Assembly: GCF_001447785.1 (NCBI RefSeq)
Contig: NW_015161949.1
Coordinates: 836,224-900,223, forward strand
Direction: 5' to 3'
From: Gekko japonicus
Lineage: Eukaryota
DNA length: 64,000 nt
The stretch's first letter is position 1; the number at the start of each line of letters is the position of its first letter. The position numbers and the translations under genes are program-made. Below, one piece after another: positions 46,531-61,085 of the stretch. The notes beneath the pieces were generated by a model that saw only the letters and a list, made by a program, of their open reading frames with translations, made no database searches and had not been told where the DNA came from.

Positions 46531-49500
46531 GCTTCCACTGTAAATGGCATGGGGATGTCTGAAGATAACCTGGGCCAAGATATTCTGATTCCTTTTAATT
46601 TTGGCCCCGAACTCCCACAGTCATCCTGAAGCTGGTTGCCAATTTTTAAGAGTCAAAGTTTTATTTTCTGATGAGTTATGCCTGCCACAAATGGTCAGAT
46701 AGATGGATATGTAGATCTTTTTACTAATATAGATGTGTGGTAACAGCCAGTCAAGTGAGATACTTGGTTTGGATCAGGGTAATATAAAAAGGCCCTGATG
46801 GAATCTTTGTCCAGAGGCCCATGGTGGCTCTCATCAACCCTGTTTGGAGCTCTGAGGTGCTGATTCTGGTAAGTCCTCATTCTGCAGCAATTCATACTTA
46901 CTAGTCAACTGTAGTTTTTGCAACAGAGATTTATTAAAACATGTTTCTAAAGTCCCACAAAATGTTTAATTGACAGACTCTGATTCTGTAGTTGCTGGTA
47001 TAGTTTCTGTCTTCCATTCAGGTACAAATATCACTCACACTGAGTTGTAGATAAACTGCTTTATTATCTAACCAAAATTCTCAAATTGAATTATGAAATT
47101 TCGGGCAATTAAAATGCATTGCCCATAAACGGGAAATAAATGCACATGGCCAATGGAAAACATTTGGTACTCATTCTCCATTCCCTCTAATCAACTCTAG
47201 AGGTGGTAATCATTATCATGAAATCTAAAAGGTAATTACTGTATATTCCTTAATTATATCATTTTAAGATCAAACATTTAAGGAATGCAATAAGAAATTT
47301 AGAGTTATGCTTTAGGTGCAACCGTGCAGCCAGCCATAAAGCTATTAAGAGAGTACATTAAAGATATAGAAGGTTGGATGTCAAGGCTACTGAATTAGCT
47401 ACCTTGCTTTTTATAATATCTCCCCCCCCCCCATCACTTTTTTCTGTGACCTGAGGTGACAGTGCTTTATGGAGCATGCTATGTACTCCTTGGTTTTCCT
47501 TCTCTGTTGCAAACATAATGGGGTTGTCGCAAACGGGGCACTGCTGTGATGTGGAGTATTAACTGTGAAATGTCCTTTAATGTATACAATTAGTCAGATT
47601 TTGAAAGAACCAACTATGGAAATGCCTGCAAAAGAGCATTCGAGCCAATTAAGGATTTTGAAGTGCTAACATCTGACTGGATGTACTTTTTTAAAGAACA
47701 GAAGAAAATGAAATGAAAATAAGGACAGTTGCCACCGGCGCTGCTGAAAGCCAAAAGCACTTGTCACAGCCAAAAGATTTCACAGCAGTTCAGACAGAGC
47801 CCAGTTAATGAATATAAGTTACCTTGGTGGGGTTTAGCTGACTTTGAAATTAAAGCCTTGGCCCTTTGGATGCAAGTGGAGCTGGTCTCAAGTAAAACGG
47901 ACATAATAAATTCTATTGTGCAGCTAGATCCCTAGCAAGATTTCCTTTCCATCCATGACCAATTGGTATTATTTTTTCCACTGACTAGTACTTTTGTTTG
48001 AGAGACTGGGATTTTCTGGGAGTGCTTAGCACTTTTCATCCATGATTGACAGGTTCTACCAGCAATGAGACAATGGGAAGAATCATTAGGAATTCAAATG
48101 CACGTTTGCATTTCCACCACAAATACGTAATCTGTGTTTATTGAAAATGCTCAGCTGTCATATATATATTTTGAATCCTCACTTTTTTGAAAAAGATAAA
48201 ACAAAAATAGTGGAAGGTGAGAATGTGAAAGCAACTCAGGTGTGAGACACAGTTAAATTAATTATTGTTCTTTCTAACATTTAGGGAATTCAATAGATTT
48301 GTTCTTACTAACATCAGTCTGAAATGTCACTTTTTTCCAAATTAGGAGATGAAATAAGTATTATGCTGGAATGCTGTTATAAAATACTTTAATCAAGTAG
48401 TCTGGATATACTTTCCCCCTCAGTGTCTCTTTTGTACATTTATGTATTCCTGGCATGGGCCACAAAGCCGGAGCATCATTTGTTCTTTTATTTATTCATT
48501 TGCTTATTTGTTCATTCAAGGAGTCTGGAATAGCATTTATTACTGCAATTTATTATAACCAGTGTTGGAGAGGAGTGTTTGGTTCAAGGCCGTCAGTGTG
48601 TGATGTCCACATGGGTGACTGTTAACAATCCAGGATAAACCTTGTGAATGTCCAAAAACTCAGGGGAAAAACCAAAGAATTCTTTAGTCCAGTTTTTATG
48701 TATAACTCATGTGCTTTTCAGTGATTCACATGTATGTCTAAAAATTGTGAAAATATATATTAGGAAATTCACAGAATACATGGGGAGTCATCATTATTTG
48801 CATGTGAATGTGAATATTCTCCAGACTTTGGAGATTCCCTGTAACATATATAATTCAGTAAAGAAAGCTTTATTCTACCTGTCAGATATATCTTAACTTT
48901 GCATAGAGCTACTACCAGTCTTCAGCTATTCATCAGACTTTGTGCCATGTAGTAGATCTGGCTAGCTACTTCCTTGTCTGTCTATCTATTATAAAACAGT
49001 GAAAAGAATAGTGTAAGGGCATGAAGGGTCTATCTTCATGGCATGCAGAGTAATAGGGAAACTTTTTAAAAGGCTGATCCCAATGCTGAATAATAATTGA
49101 TAATTATGAATATAGTCTGAACTAATGTTTTCCATGGTATACATTATGCTAAAATAGTAACAAAATCCAAAAATCCTGATTCTAAGTAGCTGCTTGTTTA
49201 TAATAAATGTATGGGGGGTTGTTTTAAATTGAAATTATGAATGTTTTGTGCCATACTTGACAATTAAAATTGTTTGGCATCAGAGCTACCAAGATAATGC
49301 AAAATTAGTCACATGTAATCAGAGGAAGAAAAAAATCAGACAAGCATCATTATATTGGAGGGCTAGCTTAGCATTTTCAAAAGAAATGTGATTTTTCATT
49401 TCCAGGGATACCAATTTATCTGTACCAATGTAGCAGAGGCAGATAGAAAACCATATGGAAAAATATGTTACTTTGAATAAAATTACAAATGTGCTGGAAA

Positions 49501-52234
49501 GCACATTTCATATTTTATTATGTTGTATTATTTAAAGTATGAGAACATAAATCCAATACTCTTTAGATGAAACAATGACTACATCTGATTTTTATGCAGA
49601 TGTTGTGCGCTCTTCAGAGATAAGGCTCAATTTCTGAATGTTTTGTGACTAATTTATGCCACGTTTTCATCACGCTAGCATTTTTTTCTTTTCAATTGGC
49701 ACATAAAGGTCTGTAATTCATACACTGAAGATTTTAATATACTTTGATTACAACAAGAAAGGCATGGCATAACATATTCTATCAAAGGACCCTAGTAGAC
49801 TCCTACCTAGAGAATGGCTGGAGCTATTTGACAAGCCAGCCTTAAATTTATTACAGTGTTTTCGAAAGCAAGAAATGTTTTCACATGCATACGTACAGTT
49901 TAGTTGTTTGACTTTGGAATGAAGAAGAGTAAATGGCTTGTCTGAGAGGGCCTTCCCTATCAAAATGCCCATTCCTCTTGGAATCTAGAAAATCAGAGAA
50001 ACCTAACATGGAGGTCCTGTCAAATGATTTGGAGGTAAAATAGTATTATTATGGCATACAAAATGTCCAGCTAATACTATGTTCCAATAAATGGGAGACA
50101 GGCTTTGGTCATATTGACAAGAGGGAGTGGACTAGACAATTCATAGAATTCAGTGTTTTTTCAGAAACAATTTATGTCATGCCTGACAATTTAAAAACAA
50201 ATTCACCCAGTGATGTTATATGGTTTACCCACATGGTAGGAAAAGTAATGTGCAGATCATCTACCATTGCTACTTGATTGTTCACCTTCCACACATTGGT
50301 ATGTCCTTGAGGAGGCTGGCACACATATGTATCAGAGTGATCCCACTAAAGGTAATAAGACAAAAGGCGAAGTAAAAATAATATGAGAGCCATTTCACAC
50401 ATTACTTTCTCTGCTTCAGATACTAATCACTAAGTGACAAAAAGCACATACATTTTTGTGTGTGAATTCATGAAGATACCATGTTTCAGCAGCAAGTGCA
50501 GGCCAGCCAACTGCAGGACAAATTATTACCACATACAACAGCCAGAGAAACTGTAATGTACAAGGATACAGTTTTCATATGATACGTATGGTGGTTATGA
50601 TTTTGTATCCTATTAAACAAATTCCCTTTCAGTCACATTTTGAAGCATTTGCTGTAGAGGAACAGATATATAAACAGAAAGATTTTATAATGATTTGAGG
50701 TGAGAGGGGACCGAAAACCCCTGTACAAAGTAACATATGAAGATCCATGGATTTATTCTAATTTTCTTCTGTCTCTGTAGTGAGAGATAAGAGCTGGTTC
50801 ATAAGCCTGTGATTCAGAACAGAGGCTATTTGGACATGTTTCCACTCCAAGATTCTGCTCATCAGCCTCTAATTAGCACCTCATCACTTTTAACTTTGTG
50901 TCACCCAGCTGGTGAGAGGAGGTTGACACCTCCAGCTTGAACTGGGCTTTTTTCCATTTTCCTGGAGCTCATCAAGGCATGCGGTGCTTTCTTAAAGTGC
51001 AGCTGGTGCTGGCACTTCCATTGTCAATGTAAATCATTATGTTTGGGGAAAGGTGATAAGAATAGTTTATTTCATGTCCCTGGTGTTCAGCCTTGGGCAA
51101 TCCCAAATAAAATAGATTAAAGTCTCCTTCTGGTGTTTTTTAAAAAAAAATTTTTAATTTTTTTTAAAAAATCCAGACTGCTATTCTAAATACAAAACTG
51201 GAGGTAAGTAACGCACCTAAGAATCTTCTGTGTTGGATATCAATTTGTTCTTCATTAGCTCAAGTTGAGGTTTCTTTTAAAAAAAAACCAACAATGAAGC
51301 ATTCACCAGATAAATATTACCCCCCTCCGAGTTTATTTTAATGCTCACTAAATCAAAACTTTTATGACAGAAAATTATTATTCATTTTGGAGTATTTCTG
51401 TTATTCTCCACATTTCACATTTATTTTATCATGGCTATTTTCTGCAACTATATTAGAAGAAGGGTGTAAACAAATCATTACCACTTTGCATTTAACTATG
51501 CTTATTATTGAAATTAAAATAATAATTAGTGTGTAAGTTTCATAATTGTAAATCTTTTTCACTCCAAAATTCAGATTTTTAGTCAGATATTGATGTATAC
51601 AGACACAACTATGTTTAGTTTCCATTACTCCAACCAGAGAATTTGCCACATCTTTTACAAGTTTTCCTTAAAGGGCAGCGAATCTACTGAGGAAAAGTGG
51701 CTTACTAGTGACATGCAAACTCCTACTTCATTATTCTTAATGGATCCTGAGAGAATTCTATAGATTTGGGAGAAATGTTTCTGACAGATTCAGTTAAATT
51801 TTTCTGACTGATGAGAATTTTGCTGCAAGAAAAGAAAAAAAAACACGGAGAGAGGTAAGTTAAAGATCCATTTTGTAACACCCCCAAGGGCATACACTTT
51901 CCAATTTCCCGGGGGGGGGGGCTGAGGCTGGGCCAGAGGCATTGCTATGCTAGGTCCTTAAAAGAACCGAGGCCCAGTGACATCATAGGGAGGAACCAGT
52001 GACACCACAGGCCATTGTCACTATCTATAGAGGTGGAGCGATGTGGGATTTAGGAAGGGGCTCCCCAGAAATTTAGGGGGGCCTGGGAACCGTGCCCCTG
52101 GGCTGGGCTAAACCCCAGAAAAGGTGATAGTTGGCCAGTGGTTAAGGTGGTATCTCAGCGGTCTCCTGCTGTGTCCTTTATTTAAATTCACTTTAAAAAT
52201 AGTCACTTTAAGATCTGCAAATATACATACCATG

Positions 52235-52340
52235 TGCATAAGACAAACAAATGGTCACAAATTTGAAAGTAAAGAGGGCAACACAGAAAAGCCTGTGGGG
52301 GAACATTTTAAAAGTTTTCCTAAACATTCATTTACAGGAG
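52235..52340 (+). pseudogene. Penelope-like GIY-YIG endonuclease fragment
   Basis: Translation RQTNGHKFESKEGNTEKPVGEHF resembles the R.NGHK.DI.....KPVGEHF C-terminus of vertebrate Penelope-like elements. Confidence 0.6.
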
Positions 52341-54262
52341 TCTTGTTTCTGCCTTATTCATCTTGGTGACTTTGTACTGAAATTTACCAAATTATGGCAT
52401 CACAGATGCCTTCATTTGGTAAATGCATGGCTGAAGTCTCTGAGTCAGAATACCAAACAGTTGCTGTGCACTCATTTTCTGAGCAATGTACAGAGTTCAG
52501 AGTAGCTAGCTCAGTTTTTTAGCCTCTGGCTCACACATTTTTGTCTTAGCTCGGGAAGGATGGCTCCAGAGCAAACTAATTTATGCAGTAGCCAAATCGC
52601 TCGCTCACAACTTTAATGCCAGTAGCTCACAAAGTAGATTTTTTTCTCACAAGACTCCACAGCTTAGAGGGAGCATTGACTGCCATATATCACCCAATTC
52701 CCACCCCCACCTTTTCCCCATTTAAACTAGCCAAAAATTGCAGTAATCATTTCCACCCATGCATCAAACATAACCACATTATATACAGTAACAAAAATGA
52801 TGTTATAACGACTGAAAACAAAAGGTGTAATAGGCTTTTTGATTTTCAAAAATTAGCAGAAAAAAATCTGATGCATTTCAGTCAGCAAACTGCTATATCC
52901 ATTACATATTTTCATGCTCTCTGGGCTGTGGTAGAAACCCATACTGTTGTCACATGGTAAAAAGATCTAAGAAAGCAGCTCCTATGCTGTTCAGATATGA
53001 TATAAGCATATAGAACCATTAATGGGTTGGGCCACCTCTAACTTTGAGAGTGAACTTTTCATGGGTTTAGTTCAGATCCAAAACCAGGGTTAGCTTATGA
53101 AAACATGATTTGGCTTACACATGATCACACAATGGTGGTTTCTTCTTTGCTCTGGCTGGGCATCTCTATATTCAGGAATGAGTAAAAGTTGTGCTAAGAA
53201 ACCAGCCAGGGTTAAGTCAACATGGCTTCATTCATATATTGCACAAAACCATAGTTAAGACTAATTTTGGTTATTCAACTTCAAACTATGGTTTCAGATA
53301 CTGGTTTGAGGGTCCCTAATTAATCAGTAGAGTTGGCACATTAATCAAATTTTAATTAAATCATTGCCTTGTGTTATGTTTGAACTGAGCCACAGTAATT
53401 TTGAAGGACATTGCAAAATACTCCTGAATGCTCCAATGCCTACCAGAAAACATCTCCTGCATGAGCCCAGTAGGAATGAAGCAGAGGTACAGAGGAATTT
53501 TGGGGCATCTCTGGTCCCTTCTGAAGTGATCTACTCAGCATAATATCCTAGTGGACTGAACCAAGTTTGTACCACAAAAGTATGCTAGCACACTTGGTGT
53601 CTGTCCTACAACTTTGGAATTCACTTCCTCTACAGTATCACCAAGGTTCAAGCCTTAACATTTTCCAGAAGTGTTTTAAATCCTTGCTTGGAATGGCTTT
53701 TAATGGCTGACTTCTATACAGTATTGTAATATTCTAAATGCCTATTTTATTTTTTAGATTGATAGAATTATTTTAAACCAGCACAAAGCCCTCTGGAGGG
53801 GATTCATTAAAGACTGAATTTTTAAAACTTTAATAAAAATGTCAAAATACTACAGAAATAGAATTATCGTAGTTTACATAAAGAGTCAAGATTCATCTTG
53901 GTGCAGGGCTTGGTGAAAAATATATGTTCTGGGTCAGAAAAAGAAATAAAGAGCTATTATTTATTTATACATATTTTAAAAGGATTTATATCTTTCAACC
54001 TGAAGGTTTCTCAATGAGGAACCCTCAACCAGTCTACTCAGAAGTGTCCCATTTTTTTTCAGTCTCCAGGAAAGTGGTTTTAGGATTGCAGGCTGAGATG
54101 GTTAGTATTGTTGCCTTCATTGCTAATGGGAAAATGCAGCACCAATATAGCATAATGGAGGAATCAGTAACTAGCCCAAAGTTCAGTTGTCTGATCTTGA
54201 CCCAAGTACCTCCCCTTTATTTAGAAGAAATACTTCAATATTTCAGATGTAAGCCACTGACT

Positions 54263-54440
54263 GACTTCCGGGTTACGGAGCAGCAGCGCGGACGATCTCT
54301 CAGGGAACTCCCGAGAATCGCCAACTCTTCATGTTTTTTAGGGGACCTTCGGGAGGGAAGATTGCAGGGGACTCATCCCTGCACCCTGTGAGTGGCAGCA
54401 AATGGCTGGCAGTCAGGAATGTCCTGAAGCCAAACCTCAA
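54263..54440 (+). mobile_element. Possible isolated L1-type 5' UTR fragment
   Basis: Starts gacttccgg with a CpG-rich run, like the 5' ends at 2517, 19250 and 38829. No ORF or TSD found. Confidence 0.35.
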
Positions 54441-54629
54441 AGGTATGCAGTCATGGAGCCATGACTGCAGAAGCTGGTTTACACCCATGTAAGAGAGTCC
54501 AGAACCTCATCTTAACATTGATGAAGGCATCATTTTCACTGTGAGTAAATGAACTTGTAACAACCAGACTCAATGATCTCCAGCTTTTAAACCCCCCTTA
54601 AATCTCTCAAACAAGGAAGTACTGAGGAG

Positions 54630-54808
54630 TGGCAGGCTCCTTCCTCAGGCAGGCTCTTTCTCCTTCACACTCAGACGTGCACACAGGCATTTTCTCTCTC
54701 CTTCACACAGATATACACGCAGGCACTCACACACACAAGTTCTTTTTCTTTCCACCCCTCCCCTTCTCAGGCAGGCTGTTTCTCCTTCACACTCAGACAT
54801 AAATGGAG

Positions 54809-54868
<60 letters not shown>
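54630..54868. repeat. Short degenerate tandem repeats followed by a (TC)n(CA)n microsatellite
   Basis: caggcaggct.tttctccttcacactcagac repeated, with the microsatellite at ~54808-54868. Confidence 0.8.
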
Positions 54869-54871
<3 letters not shown>

Positions 54872-57800
54872 CAGGCTTAAAAAAAATATCCCTCAGTTTC
54901 TACCAGAAACTTTACCTGCATCCTAGGCAAGCCCCCTTCTCAGAAATGTGAAAGTTGAAAAGCACATGGTATCTTACATTTCTAAATAAAGAGTGGGGGA
55001 GAAAGACTGCAAGAAAGTGGCAGCCAAATCTTCAGTCATGGAAAAGGAAGGGGGGGAATTCGCTAATATAAACAGCCACAGGGAACTGAGAAGGCTTAGC
55101 TTTCCTGGACAAGCACACTTTACCTTTCTCTGTGTGTGCGCCCCGTGCGGGAAAGCAGCGAAACCAGTCTTCATGTGCAGCCCTCCAGCTCCTTCAGGCT
55201 GAACTGAGGGCTGCTGGGAGCTGCGGGGGGGGCTTAGCTTCCATGAGGAAGCAAGTCCCAACCATGACTTCCCTCCCTCCCAGTCCCACACCAGTTGAAC
55301 TTAGTCTCAGAAAGTGGAGGGAAAAAATCCTCTGCTTTCAAAATGGGGTGGTGGCGGCAAGGCTCTGTCGGGCACTGGTTGCCCCCAGGGGAGGCTCAGC
55401 ACCTCCTGGAAAAGTTTGGGAGGGCTCCAGCTCCCCAGCCCCCATGAAGTTGATGCCTATGAACACCGCCCCCCAAAAAAGGTGAAGAGCCAGTGTTAAA
55501 AGTCTGAGGCTGGAGCAGAGAAGCAGCTTTAATGCACACACTGGCTCATACATAAGTCTGCAAAGGTGTAGCATCTGCAAAGCCCAGATGAATTCTGAAA
55601 ATGTCTGCAGCAACCTTCATAAGGAAAAGGAATACAGCAGTCCAAAACTGGATTACAACTTAAGTGGCCTATACCTTTCTTAATTCACACAAAGTGTTTA
55701 CTTTGAGAATAAAAATGACTTGCCTTCCATTTGTTTAAGTGTTCAAAATTAACATGATGTCTCTATAGCTTGAGTTCTGCTATAGATTCTGAACTGTGAA
55801 GGTGGGCATCACTGAAAATTGCATTAGCCATTTTGCTGCCAGTTATTCAACTGCCTGAGACACTGAGGCTTACAAAGTTACTTTTTTAAAAAAGGAAGCT
55901 TAATTCCCTCACAATTGGTGAGGGAAGGAAGAGTACATATGCCTATGGGCTGGAACCTGCCCACTTTTGGTATAGCACTTACTTCCACATATCATGGTGA
56001 TCCAAAAGCTATTTTAGATAGTTTTCCTCTTATGTCAGCATCCCATCTCATCAAGTCTTTTCATTTAGAAATCAGTTTTAAAAAGCAGCACAAAGAAAAA
56101 TCCAGCTCTTCTGGCCCCATACTGCTTCAGTTTAACCCCTGGTTTCCACATACATTTTCCTGCCTTTAACTTTCATGTCGGTTTTTGTTTGTTTGTTTGT
56201 TTGTTTTTGTTCTCCAGGAGGGGGGGGCTGTCCGGCTCTTTTGAGACCACTTTTGCCCCAATGTTTTTTCTGGAAGGTGATTTTGATTTGGCTTTTTCAT
56301 AGTGGGTAATGTTTCTGTTGGTTTTATTTGCCCCACTGACCTCCAGCTCACTTTTCCATTACTGGATTGTCATAATCATTAAACCACTCCCTCTTTCCTT
56401 GCTCCCTCTCCCACCCCCCTAAAATATTGATATATTGCTGTACTGTTGTAGTAATAGTTTAAGCAGGATCTCTGAATTCCCAGCTTTTTTTTTTTAAGTC
56501 TCTAGCCATTTCCCTGCAGAGATATAAGGGAAAAGGCATATCTCCACAATGAAAGATGATAGAGACTTGCTTTTTTAAAAAAATGAAAGTTGGGAATTCA
56601 GAGAACCTGCTTAAACTATCATTACAACACTACAATGTTATATTGATATGTTTATTTTTAAAAAAAATATGGGGGGGTACTCTGATGCCACCAATAATGA
56701 CACTGACGATGACAGCATCCTCCCTTGAAAATCCTTATTATTTAAGTCATGTATGGAAGAAAATAAACTGACTCCACAACTGTAAAACTGTAAAGGGAGG
56801 GCAGACGTGCAGAAGAACCCTGCCCAAACTGATTCCAATGTTTGTGAATCAACTCCCAACTTAAGCATGTGGAAAAGGTCTCACTGGAAAGTCATATGTA
56901 TACACCAGAGTTCATCATTGGAAAGATAATTGTTCTTCCTTAAACACATACAAGATCATGCTGTATTGTTGTGTTTTCCTATTTGAAATAGTATCAGGAG
57001 TTTGCAAAGTTTCTCATGATTAGTAAACTGGAATATTTTTTTGTAATTTAAGTGTTGTTTTTGGTGGTTTTGCCTCTTTCACACAAAATGACGACCATGC
57101 ATATCAGTAAGATTGTACGTAGGATGCCCTCCTATTACACACAGTTGGAGCGCAAAAATCAAATGCCTGAAAACAGCTGTGGCCTCTCAAGACTCTTTTT
57201 TCCATGCATGTATCTAAACAATAATAATTGTCTTTTGTAGTTCCAGTGAAGAAGAAAGAGAAATAGATAATCTAAGTCTAACTTTGAAAATTAAATCCAA
57301 TCCACTAACTTAGATCTAATTTTACACTGTGCCTAATAGGTTTTTTGGTTGAAGTCTCCTATTTCTATTACTAGGGAAATTAACACCCTGAATTTATACA
57401 TGCCATGTACTCAGGCATATGTAAAAGCGTAATTCCACATTTATGATGAATCTATAAATATAGATGCTTAGTGATTATCAGTGAAGCTGCTCATTAAAAT
57501 TCAGGACAGCATGCAAAACTGTATCTTTTTTGTGGAAAATATGAAACAGAAAACTAAAAATAGCTACACTTTAGCTTTTTGACTACAAGACTTGTAAGGC
57601 CTTTTCTAGCATGTTTCAGCATTTGTTATAGAGTAGGATACATTTCACAGAGGAAAAATAAATTGTTGGAGAATAGTGGGTAAAAAACCATAGTAGTTCC
57701 AAAGGCTAATGTTCAAATCTGGTCCAAGGAAAAATGAACAGATATTTTCCCCTGAGACTGGATGCTATTACGGTCTCAGAGAGCAATTCAGGGCTAAACA

Positions 57801-58094
57801 GCCAGAATTACTCCACTACAGCATAACATATCAACCATCATTTAGTTTAGTTTTAGTCTTTCATCTTTTTAGCCATTCTCAAAAAATCCTTGCTACTATG
57901 TTTTATCCAACATTTTTAACATTCAACTTTATATCCCGCTCGTTGGCTAACTAGATCTTCTCTAAACCCAAGGAAGCCTGTTTAAGAGCCAGTTTATTAT
58001 CCTGAGAAGAAAACTTCCGAGAACCTCTGGCTATCTCAATAGGGATGCTATGGAAAACCACAATTCTTTTAAACAAATTCTACACAGAAAGGGC

Positions 58095-58156
58095 GAGGGA
58101 AGGCAGCATGGTATAGCCCAATCTCATCAGATCTCAGAAGCTAAGCAGAGTCAGTA
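58095..58156 (+). mobile_element. 5S-derived SINE head
   Basis: ggaaggcagcatggtatagcccaatctcatcagatctcagaagctaagcag, the same family as 22090-22292. Confidence 0.65.
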
Positions 58157-59282
58157 AATGATACTAGTGATTGTTGAATGGCTGCTGCTGAACATTGGCA
58201 GAAGTCCAAGATACCTCAGTGTAAGGGCCACTTACAATGGTGCAGGACCTCAGCACGGCTCCGTTGCTTTTGGGCTCCGGTGGCAGGCTGTGGTGGCTGC
58301 CCGTCGGTGTGGTCAAGACATAGGAACCTGTACTGGCATGGTTGTGGGTGGCTGGTTTTGGGGGTGTAGTCAGAGTGAGTTGGCTCCCTCAACCCTTTCA
58401 GCCTGAAATGCCCCTGCCAGAGGCAGAAAGTTATGCCAGCAAAAAACATGGAGTAACCCATAGGTGCCAACTGAACATGAAAATCAAATCTTTCCCCTGC
58501 CACGGCAGCCTCGCCAATTAGGCTTGGAGGAGCTCAGGATGCTGACTACAGGCTCAGCCAATCCCCTCCCTCCCCACGACAGCCAAGCCCCCCCCCAGCA
58601 CTCAATCCCCACCCCATCCTACAAAAACTTCTCCCAGGACATCTCAGAAATCAGTAGTTAGGGAGTGTGGCACAGGACTGTCTTGAAGCTCCCTGCCATG
58701 CGGACTTTGAGCAAGCGGTGAGACACTTTGGTAGTGGGAAAAGCACAGAGAGGAAACTTAACACTACAAGGTGAGCAGTTAGCACTGACACCCAAGGAGG
58801 AAAGCAATACTCTGTGGCTGACCACTCACATTTCAGAACCCTAACAGGGACCCCACCTTTGGAGGTTTGACCCACAGGGATAACCATGCACTGTCAGGTA
58901 AGCAAACTCCCCATACTTGTGGCTGGGTGCCCTGACAGTGTCTCCTGCACTCAAGCCCAGCACTGAGTTTGTGCATAGGACAGCACAAGCCATGGCCACA
59001 CAGTACCATATGCCATGGGAAAAGACCCTGGGGAAGTTTCCCGGGGATCAGGGGGGTGCTCTGTCATTTGCCTGGTTCCCACCCTCCCCAGAACACAAGG
59101 CATGTCTGTGATTGTTGGGGGAGGGACCTGGCAGCTGCTCCAGTGTACATGGTGAAGCAGCTTGCAATGTGTCCCTTTAACTCATTCCCTTGCAGAATCA
59201 GAGCCTTGATTGATGCAGTTGTGGATGGATTGCGAGCAATCAGGGAGCACTTCCACACAGGATAGGTGGATATAAGCTGGAT

Positions 59283-59572
59283 GGAAGAAGAGGAGGAGGA
59301 GGAGATTGGATTTATACCCCACTCTTCACTACCTGAAGGAGTCTCAGAGTGGCTTACAACCCCTTTCCTTTCCCCTCCTCACAACAGACAATCTGTGAGG
59401 TAGGTGGGGCTGAGAGAACTCTCTTGAGAAATGCTATTGGAAGATCAGCTCTGAAAGAACTTATGACTGACCCAAGGTCAAACCAGCAGCTGCATGTGGA
59501 GGAATGGGAAATCAAACCCAGTTCACCCACATTAGAGTTTGTGCTTTTACCCACTACACCAAACTGGCTCTC
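59283..59572 (-). mobile_element. Full-length Squam3-like SINE
   Basis: gagagccagtttggtgtagtgg...gggtttgatttccc...ctcagccccacctacctcacag...tgtaagccactctgagac...(ctc/ctt)n tail. Confidence 0.8.
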
Positions 59573-60879
59573 TGGTACCATCATGTGCCTCAAGGGGAGT
59601 CCATGGTGATTCCCCCCCCCCCGGGCTGCATTTGCAGACCCTATCAGGACAACACATCCATGGCTGAGCCTGGCATGGCGCTCTTGGCCAGTTGCCATGG
59701 CTCTGTTGTGCTTGCTTGCAAGTGAAGAGGCAACAGTTAGACTCGTGGATGTGGCAAGTCCTACCTCTCCACACAAACACTCTGCTCAGTCCACTGTTCC
59801 AGCCCTCCTCCTGAAGTGAAGCATTGGATCCAGCCAGCTCTTCCAAGTTACACCTGTGTTGGTGGTCAGTCAGGAGAGAAGGATTCCTCAGGAGGAGAGG
59901 GCTCCTCAGGAGGAGAGGAGTCCTGTGTAGCCAGCTGTGAAGCAGCAAAAGCCCGCAAGCAAGAAGATGAACCGTGGCTTGTCAGAGTTCACAGCTGACA
60001 GCTGATGCAGAGACACCATCACCTTCCAGCCCTATTCCAACAGATTACACCCAGGTGGCTCCAGTTACCAGCCCTCCAGTTTCACCCACACCCTTTGGGC
60101 ACTGGAGATGAAGACTTAGAATGGAGTTCCAGGAGAGAAGACAAAGTACATGTCCCCTGGCCCGATGCCAGCTGCTTGCTGATGATGAGTAGCTGCAGGG
60201 TTACTCCCAAGCAGTTGACCACAAAGTAAGACCTTTCAGCAGATGCCTATAGAAGCCAGTGGAAGTAACAAGTCACCACCTGGTGGACTTTGCAACCACA
60301 GCTCCTGATTCTGATCCTGACTGCTCCACTCCAGTGACCTTTGGACATTGGACCTGCTTGCTCTTGTATAAAACCTTGGACTGCTAGACCTCGCTTTCTG
60401 AACCACACTCTGAACTGGACTCTGCTGTCTGGTAACTGGCCTTCTGGACTGAATCTCGACTCTGACTTTGGACTCTGACTTGGCTTGCACCTAGACTCTG
60501 ATAACCTGGAATGCCATCCCACTTTGACACATGTCATGTCAGGGATCCACAGTCCCCAGGGAGGCATTGCAATAAAGCCTGCATTGTGTCACAACTGTGT
60601 CTCTGCTGTTTGGTTCTGACTGCATGACAGGAGCTCCACACCCCTCCCTACCCCACTCCTTCCTCAGCCAATCTGTCACTTCCTCTGAGGGCTGTCCAAG
60701 GACATGTCTAAGAGGTAGGGTTCTTGTGTACCCTGGGTGACTGTGGAGAATTGTGCAGGTCCCACTGGTCATAGTCATCTGCTAAACATAGCAGGTGCCC
60801 AGTGGCACAGACTGGTTTCCTCCTTAGCTCATAGGCTTCTGTGTGAAGGGAGGAGGGGCCAGAGGGTGGTCTGGGTGAA

Positions 60880-61085
60880 TGAGCCAGCTTATTGCAGTGG
60901 TTCAAGCATGGGACTAGATCTGGGAGACCCAGATTCCATTCCCCACTTGTACCATGAAAGCTAGGTGGGTGGCCTTGGGGCAGATGCACACCCTCACCCT
61001 AACCAACCACACTGGGTTGTTGTGAGCATCAAATGCAGGAGAGAGGAATGATGTAAGCCACTTGGGGGCAGAAGGTCAGTAATAA
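60880..61085 (+). mobile_element. Old tRNA-derived SINE
   Basis: gagccagc...gcagtggttc...gatctgggagacccagattc...gggttgttgtgag...tgtaagcca. Confidence 0.6.
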
